Below are positions 56,977 to 64,000 of a stretch of 64,000 nucleotides of DNA, piece by piece; position 1 is the first letter of the stretch, and each line of letters starts with the position of its first letter. Origin of the DNA: Candidatus Kaiserbacteria bacterium (GTDB taxonomy: Bacteria > Patescibacteriota > Minisyncoccia > Phycocordibacterales > Phycocordibacteraceae). A program made the translations under genes and the position numbers. The stretch lies in NCBI GenBank assembly GCA_023264445.1, contig JAHFMN010000002.1, forward strand, positions 66,365-130,364. Reading direction: 5' to 3'. The notes under the pieces were generated by a model that saw only the letters and a list, made by a program, of their open reading frames with translations, was not told where the DNA came from and did no database searches.

Positions 56977-57441
56977 ATGCGCCGACCCCTTAAGAAAAAG
57001 CGCACCTGGCGCCCCGACCTCAAATACGGTTCGGAGACGCTCACTCGTTTCATCAACGCGCTCATGTGGAGCGGAAAGAAGGATACGGCGCGTGCCGTCG
57101 TGTATGACGCGCTCGCCGCTGTCGAAAAAGGAGGTGCGAATCCGCTCGAGACATTCGAAGCGGCGCTCCGCAACGTCTCGCCGCTCATGGAAGTCCGCTC
57201 TCGCCGCGTCGGTGGCGCCAACTACCAGGTGCCGCGCGAAGTACCGCAGAATCGCCGGCTCGCCCTCTCATTCCGCTGGCTCATCAATGCCGCTCGTGCG
57301 AAGAAAGGAAAGCCGATGGCAGAAAAACTCGCCGCGGAACTCCTCCTCGCCGCAAAGAATGAAGGCGACGCAATCAAGAAAAAGGACGAAATGCACCGCA
57401 TGGCCGAGGCCAACAAGGCCTTTGCTCACTTCGCGTGGTAA
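56977..57441 (+). CDS. rpsG: 30S ribosomal protein S7
   Basis: EVRSRRVGGANYQVP, HRMAEANKAFAHF. Confidence 0.98.
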   Translation: MRRPLKKKRTWRPDLKYGSETLTRFINALMWSGKKDTARAVVYDALAAVEKGGANPLETFEAALRNVSPLMEVRSRRVGGANYQVPREVPQNRRLALSFRWLINAARAKKGKPMAEKLAAELLLAAKNEGDAIKKKDEMHRMAEANKAFAHFAW

Positions 57442-57571
57442 GACCGCAAAGCCGGTCTTTCTCCCTGCATTTGCCTCGGACAAATATGTGCAGACACACA
57501 TTTGTCTCTCGGCTCGTTTGGTAGTAATCTTAATAGCAACGCCACGGCGCTTTTATTTTTTTATCTAATCT

Positions 57572-59719
57572 ATGAACCGCGACTATCCGCTTGAGAAAGT
57601 TCGTAACTTCGGCATCATTGCGCACATCGACGCAGGGAAGACGACGACTTCCGAGCGCGTGCTTTTCTATACGGGCGCCCAGCACAAGATAGGCGAAGTG
57701 CACGAGGGCGAGACCACGACCGACTGGATGGAGCAGGAGCGCGAGCGCGGCATCACCATCACCGCTGCCGCCATCACCTGCTTCTGGACCAAGACTGGCG
57801 AGCCGGACAAGAAAGACCTCGCGAAGAAATTCCGTTTCAACGTCATCGACACCCCAGGCCACATCGACTTCACGGCTGAAGTGAAGCGTTCGATGCGTGT
57901 GCTTGATGGTGCCATCGTCGTCTTCGACGGCGTCGCGGGCGTCGAGCCGCAGTCCGAGACCAACTGGCGCTACGCGGATGAGGCCGCAGTGCCACGCGTC
58001 TGCTTCATCAATAAGCTCGATCGCACCGGTGCATCGTTTGAACACTCCTACGCGAGCATCTTGGACCGGCTCTCGCCGAAAGCCATCCGCATGCAGATTC
58101 CTATCGGGGAGGAGGGTGCGCACGAAGGCGTCGTCGACCTGCTCACCATGAAGAGCTACACCTTCTCGGGGAATATGGGTGAGGAAGTGATAGAGGGCGA
58201 AGTACCGGCAAACCTGCTTGAGGATGCAAAGAAATATCGCAGTCAGCTTATTGAGCGCATCGTCGAGCAGGATGATGCTGCAATGAGTGCTTACCTCGAA
58301 GGAAAGGAACCATCACTCGATGAACTCAAGGCAATTTTGCGTAAAGCGGTCATCAATAATGAAATTTTCCCCGTCTACACCGGCTCTGCGCTCAAGAATA
58401 AGGGCGTGCAGCTCGTTCTCGATGCCGTCGTTGACTATCTTCCATCCCCACTCGATCTTAAGCCCGCTACCGGTACGAATCCGAAGACCGGTGAACCGAT
58501 AGAACGCCATGCTTCAGATGATGAGCCGTTCTGTGCGCTTGCCTTCAAGCTCCAGACCGATCCATTCGTCGGCGCGCTGACTTTCTTCCGTGTCTATTCC
58601 GGTACGTTGACTGCCGGTTCATACGTCTATAACTCCACCACCGGCTCCAAAGAACGCATCAGCCGCATCGTCCGGCTCCAAGCTGACAAGCGCGAAGAGG
58701 TGGAGAAGGTGTTCACGGGTGAGATTGCTGCCGCAGTAGGTCTCAAGGATACGAAGACCTCGCACACGCTCTGCGATGAGGCGAACCCGATTATGCTTGA
58801 AGAGATTAAATTTCCCGAGCCGGTGGTTAGCTTGCGCATTGAACCGAAGACCAAGGCCGACCAGGAGAAGATGGGCATCGCGCTCCGTAAACTTTCAGAT
58901 GAGGATCCGACGTTCCGCATCAAGACCGATGAAGAGACGAATGAAACGATCATTTCTGGCATGGGTGAACTTCACCTTGAGATTCTCGTTGACCGTATGA
59001 AGCGCGAATTCAGTGTCGTGGCGGATGTAGGAAAGCCGCAGGTGGCGTACCGCGAGACTATTCTCGGCTCTGCTGAAGCAGAAGGGAAGTACATCAAGCA
59101 GACCGGTGGTAAGGGTCAGTACGGTCACGTGAAGATTCGCATGAAGAAGATGGAGCCGGTAGACCCGGAGGCGAAGGTGGCGAAGAACATTACCCGCGAA
59201 GATCACTTCGAGTTCATCAACAACATCAAGGGAGGTGCGATTCCGCAAGAATTCATCTCGCCGGTCGAGAAGGGTCTCCGCGAGGCGATGACACGCGGCT
59301 TCCTCGCTGGCTTCCCGATGGTGGATATCTCGGTCGATCTCTACGACGGCTCGTATCACGACGTGGACTCTTCCGAAATCGCCTACAAGATTGCTGCGTC
59401 TATGGCCTTCCAAGAAGCGGCCGGTAAGGCGAAAGCCGTCATCCTTGAGCCGATTATGCGTGTCGAAGTTATCGTGCCAGAACAGTTCATGGGCGATATT
59501 ACTGGCAATATCTCCGGCAAACGCGGCCAGATAGAAGGCATGGAGGAGCGCGGCCTCCTTAAGGTCGTGAAGGCCCAGGTACCACTCTCTGAAATGTTTG
59601 GCTACACTACGACACTCCGCTCCATGACCGAGGGCCGCGGCAGCATGACGATGGAATTCGATCACTACGACACCGTCCCCAACAACATCGCCGCCGACAT
59701 CATCGCGAGCCGCAAATAA
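57572..59719 (+). CDS. fusA: Elongation factor G
   Basis: AHIDAGKTT, DTPGH, NKLD, GMGELHL. Confidence 0.98.
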   Translation: MNRDYPLEKVRNFGIIAHIDAGKTTTSERVLFYTGAQHKIGEVHEGETTTDWMEQERERGITITAAAITCFWTKTGEPDKKDLAKKFRFNVIDTPGHIDFTAEVKRSMRVLDGAIVVFDGVAGVEPQSETNWRYADEAAVPRVCFINKLDRTGASFEHSYASILDRLSPKAIRMQIPIGEEGAHEGVVDLLTMKSYTFSGNMGEEVIEGEVPANLLEDAKKYRSQLIERIVEQDDAAMSAYLEGKEPSLDELKAILRKAVINNEIFPVYTGSALKNKGVQLVLDAVVDYLPSPLDLKPATGTNPKTGEPIERHASDDEPFCALAFKLQTDPFVGALTFFRVYSGTLTAGSYVYNSTTGSKERISRIVRLQADKREEVEKVFTGEIAAAVGLKDTKTSHTLCDEANPIMLEEIKFPEPVVSLRIEPKTKADQEKMGIALRKLSDEDPTFRIKTDEETNETIISGMGELHLEILVDRMKREFSVVADVGKPQVAYRETILGSAEAEGKYIKQTGGKGQYGHVKIRMKKMEPVDPEAKVAKNITREDHFEFINNIKGGAIPQEFISPVEKGLREAMTRGFLAGFPMVDISVDLYDGSYHDVDSSEIAYKIAASMAFQEAAGKAKAVILEPIMRVEVIVPEQFMGDITGNISGKRGQIEGMEERGLLKVVKAQVPLSEMFGYTTTLRSMTEGRGSMTMEFDHYDTVPNNIAADIIASRK

Positions 59720-59890
59720 TTTCTGTCCCCATAGATATTGCATTTTGGTGCGTGCTTGCGTATAGTGCTTCTAACGCATCTTGGCGTCGCTCTTTGGCTT
59801 GTCTGCTTTTGTGAGTCGGCAAGCTTTGGGGTTTGTTCCGACTCACGTCGGATTTATTCGTGATTTTTACTAAAACTAAATTATCCGATT

Positions 59891-61090
<1,200 letters not shown>

Positions 61091-61097
61091 ATTGACA

Positions 61098-61502
61098 ATG
61101 GCGACCGCAGCCAAAACGAAAACGAAGAGGGTCACGGCGCCAAAGGCGCCGCGGGCGAAAGTCGCACCGAAAAAGTCGGCAACGCCTACGCTCACCGAGC
61201 ACAAGCTCCGTATCCGCGTCCGCGCATACGAGCATAAGATTCTTGATCTTTCGGTGAAGCAGATCATGGACACCGCAGCGCGCTTCGATGCCGTCGTGGT
61301 CGGCCCGGTCCCGCTTCCTACCGAAATCAAGCGCTGGACGGTCAATCGCTCCACGTTCGTCCACAAAGACGCACGCGAGCAGTTCGAGATGCGCGTCCAT
61401 AAGCGCCTCATCGACATCATGAACCCCTCGCCCAAGGTGATCGAGGCCCTCACGAACCTCAATCTTCCTTCAGGGGTCACGATAGATGTAAAAATGGTTT
61501 AA
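61098..61502 (+). CDS. rpsJ: 30S ribosomal protein S10 (basic N-terminal extension)
   Basis: LRIRVRAY, GPVPLPT, REQFEMRVHKRLID. Confidence 0.97.
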   Translation: MATAAKTKTKRVTAPKAPRAKVAPKKSATPTLTEHKLRIRVRAYEHKILDLSVKQIMDTAARFDAVVVGPVPLPTEIKRWTVNRSTFVHKDAREQFEMRVHKRLIDIMNPSPKVIEALTNLNLPSGVTIDVKMV

Positions 61503-61512
61503 CAAAGACCGC

Positions 61513-61558
61513 CAAGAAAATGAAAAACCGCTCTCACGAGCGGTTTTTCATTTTCTTG
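61513..61558 (+). terminator. Long hairpin terminator between rpsJ and rplC
   Basis: 21-bp perfect arms CAAGAAAATGAAAAACCGCTC / GAGCGGTTTTTCATTTTCTTG. Confidence 0.75.
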
Positions 61559-61661
61559 CATCTTTTTGAGTGCTCGTGTAGAGTGCCTGCATCGCTATGA
61601 CCCTTTCGGGTCCTCCAGCAAATCGCGCCCAGCGATTGCTGTGGCGCGATTTGCATTAAAA

Positions 61662-62276
61662 ATGAAATTCATTCTTGCCAAGAAAGAAGGAATGACCCGA
61701 GTCTTCGGGGAGGATGGCCGCGCTCGCGCGGGGACTATTCTCGCTGCCGACTCGGTGACGGTGACCGCTGTAAAGACAAAGGATGGTAAGGATGCGTACG
61801 CGGCCGTCCAGCTTGGTATGGGCACTCGCAAGACGAAAAACGTTGGCAAGGCCGTCCTTGGACACACAAAGGGGAAGGGATACGAAGCGATTCGCGAATT
61901 TCGTACTGAAGACGCAGCAGAAGTCGGTAGCGTCATCGACGCTTCAGTCTTTGCCGTTGGTGATACAGTCCAGGTCTCTGGGATCACGAAGGGTAAGGGC
62001 TTCGCTGGGGTTGTGAAGCGCCATGGCTTCCACGGCGGATCAAGAACTCACGGCCAGAAACACTCCGAACGTGAGGCAGGATCAATCGGCGGCTCGGGCG
62101 GCCGCGCCGGCGGTCGCGTCGCTAAGGGCATCCGCATGGCCGGCCGCATGGGCGCCGATCGCGTGACGGTCAAGAATCTAAAAGTGCTTGCTGTCGATGC
62201 GAAGGAGGGCAAGCTCGTCATCTCCGGCGCAGTACCAGGCCGCCGCGGCACGCTGCTCGAAGTAGTCTCCGCATAA
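61662..62276 (+). CDS. rplC: 50S ribosomal protein L3
   Basis: KxGMT, GKGFAGVVKRHGF, MAGRMG, GAVPG. Confidence 0.97.
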   Translation: MKFILAKKEGMTRVFGEDGRARAGTILAADSVTVTAVKTKDGKDAYAAVQLGMGTRKTKNVGKAVLGHTKGKGYEAIREFRTEDAAEVGSVIDASVFAVGDTVQVSGITKGKGFAGVVKRHGFHGGSRTHGQKHSEREAGSIGGSGGRAGGRVAKGIRMAGRMGADRVTVKNLKVLAVDAKEGKLVISGAVPGRRGTLLEVVSA

Positions 62277-62286
62277 TTTTCATACC

Positions 62287-63036
62287 ATGGCTACTGCAAA
62301 GAAAATCGTAAAGAAGAAAGTCGTACGCGCGCCGAAGGCGCGTGTGGAGAAAGCTGCCACTCCTGCACAAGAAATGAAAATGTACTCGATGCAGGGGAAG
62401 GAAGTCGGTACCATCACTCTCCCGGAGAGAATTTTCAACACGCCATGGCGGAGCGACCTCGTGCATCAGGTGACGACTGCGATGCAGGCAAACCTGCGCC
62501 AGAATCGCGCACACACAAAGGACCGCGCTGAAGTGTCGGGTGGCGGTAAGAAGCCATGGAAGCAGAAGGGTACCGGTCAGGCACGTCATGGCTCAAGCCG
62601 CTCGCCTATCTGGCGCCACGGTGGCGTGACCTTCGGTCCTCGTTCGGAGCGCGATTACAGCGAGAAGATCAACAAGAAGATGCGCGTCGGCGCCCTGCTT
62701 TCGGTTCTTGCGAGAAAGGCAAAGGACGGCGAGATCGTTCTTGTCGATTCGTTCACCTTCGGCGCGCCGAAAACGAAAGAGGCGTTGCAGGCGCTCACTG
62801 CGATTTCAAAGGCGGCGAAGGTGCGCCTGCTTTCAGGCACGGGTTCGCAGTCTGCATTGGTCGCGCTCGCTTCGTACGACCGAAATGCCATGAAGAGTTT
62901 CAGCAACCTGCAAGGCGTCGCAACGGAAGAGGTCCGGAGCCTGAACCCGGTCGATGTGCTTTCGCACAAGTATCTCGTCATTGAGAAGCCGGAAGCGGCA
63001 TTCAAGGCGCTTCTTGCGCGAGCGATGTCCGCATAA
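62287..63036 (+). CDS. rplD: 50S ribosomal protein L4
   Basis: EVSGGGKKPWKQKGTGQARHGS.RSPIWRHGG. Confidence 0.97.
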   Translation: MATAKKIVKKKVVRAPKARVEKAATPAQEMKMYSMQGKEVGTITLPERIFNTPWRSDLVHQVTTAMQANLRQNRAHTKDRAEVSGGGKKPWKQKGTGQARHGSSRSPIWRHGGVTFGPRSERDYSEKINKKMRVGALLSVLARKAKDGEIVLVDSFTFGAPKTKEALQALTAISKAAKVRLLSGTGSQSALVALASYDRNAMKSFSNLQGVATEEVRSLNPVDVLSHKYLVIEKPEAAFKALLARAMSA

Positions 63037-63046
63037 CTCCATTCCT

Positions 63047-63412
63047 ATGGCACTCTTCGGCAACAAAAAGAAAGAAAAGAAGGAAGCAAGCGTGAAGCAT
63101 CGCCACGCGCGCACGACCGCATCTGCGCATGGCATCGCGCATGAGGTCATTCGCGCGCCATGGTTCTCCGAGAAGGCGCTCATCGCTACTGAAAAGGGTA
63201 TCTATACCTTTGCAGTACCGTCGCGTGCGACGAAAGCCCAGGTCGCTGGCGCTATCAAGGAAATCTATGCGGTTACGCCAAGAAGCGTACGCATCGTAAA
63301 CCTGCCCGGCAAGGTGAAGACCATGCGCACCAAGCGCGGAGTAGGCCAGCGCGCCGCACGCCGCAAGGCATATGTGTACCTTAATCCCGGGGACACCATT
63401 CAATTTGCATAA
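63047..63412 (+). CDS. rplW: 50S ribosomal protein L23
   Basis: P..SEKA, YTF.V...ATK, KAYVYL. Confidence 0.93.
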   Translation: MALFGNKKKEKKEASVKHRHARTTASAHGIAHEVIRAPWFSEKALIATEKGIYTFAVPSRATKAQVAGAIKEIYAVTPRSVRIVNLPGKVKTMRTKRGVGQRAARRKAYVYLNPGDTIQFA

Positions 63413-63418
63413 ACCCGT

Positions 63419-64000
63419 ATGAAAACCTACAAACCCACATCAAAGAGCCGTCGTCACATGACTACCTTGCCGTACAAGGAGCTTCTTTCAGGCGATGCTC
63501 CGCACAAGCCCTTGCTTGCAAAGAAGAATAGCCAGGGCGGCAGAAACGCCTTCGGACGCATCACGACTCGGCACCAGGGCGGCGGGCATAAGCGTCGTCT
63601 GCGCGTCGTGGACTTCTCCTACAACAAGAAAAATATTCCGGCGAAAATCGAAACTATTGAATACGATCCGTTCCGCAGCGCCTTCATCGCTCTCGCGCTC
63701 TATCGCGATGGCGAACGACGCTACGTCATCGTCCCGAAGGAAATGAAAGTAGGGTCAACCTTCGTCGTTGGCGAAGATGCACCCCTCTCCATCGGCAATC
63801 GTATGCCACTCGGGAAAATTCCTGTCGGCACCTTTATCTACAATATTGAACTTTCTCCTGGTGCCGGTGCTAGTCTCGTCCGTTCTGCAGGCAACTTCGC
63901 TGAAGTGGTGGCGCACGATGCCGGCTATGCACAGGTGAAGCTCCCTTCAACCGAGATCCGCAAGATTTCCGACCTCTGCTCCGCAAATATCGGCGCGGTT
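63419..64000 (+). CDS. rplB: 50S ribosomal protein L2 (3' truncated by window)
   Basis: MKTYKPTSKSRRHM...GRITTRHQGGGHKR...IEYDPFRSA.IAL. Confidence 0.96.
   Translation, partial: MKTYKPTSKSRRHMTTLPYKELLSGDAPHKPLLAKKNSQGGRNAFGRITTRHQGGGHKRRLRVVDFSYNKKNIPAKIETIEYDPFRSAFIALALYRDGERRYVIVPKEMKVGSTFVVGEDAPLSIGNRMPLGKIPVGTFIYNIELSPGAGASLVRSAGNFAEVVAHDAGYAQVKLPSTEIRKISDLCSANIGAV

Overview
A core-chromosome segment around the replication origin of a Patescibacteria (CPR) bacterium, most like Parcubacteria/Kaiserbacteria (inferred from gene content and protein style). It uses the standard genetic code. Contents: ruvC end, PBP1A, dnaN-dnaA/rpmH-rnpA-yidC with DnaA boxes, a split Patescibacteria-type T4SS (PrgI-TraC-like-VirB4-pilin block at 6.4-13.2 kb; VirB6-like block at 50.6-56.5 kb), type IV pilus/competence genes (pilB, pilC, minor pilins, comEC, comM), housekeeping genes, four tRNAs, and the str/S10 ribosomal cluster. 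No CRISPR, rRNA, prophage or intact IS was seen. Main observations: (1) a ~2.2-kb hub centred on the CCA-adding enzyme gene with about 5 parS-like palindromes, six exact copies of an unexplained 9-mer (TAAAGGACA) and tandem DnaA-like boxes; (2) an AT-rich toxin-antitoxin module whose antitoxin has a long C-terminal tail and whose third gene is a DUF6941-like protein, in the position of the SecB chaperone of TAC systems; (3) an 84-bp in-frame miniature inverted-repeat element at a pilin start; (4) a LysM/M23 gene that appears to need a non-AUG start; (5) A73 tRNA-Gly and tRNA-Arg(UCG); (6) an S12 with K42R and loss of P90; (7) widespread leaderless genes alongside SD-led orphan micro-gene cassettes. 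All calls come from reading the sequence by eye; no database searches were run.
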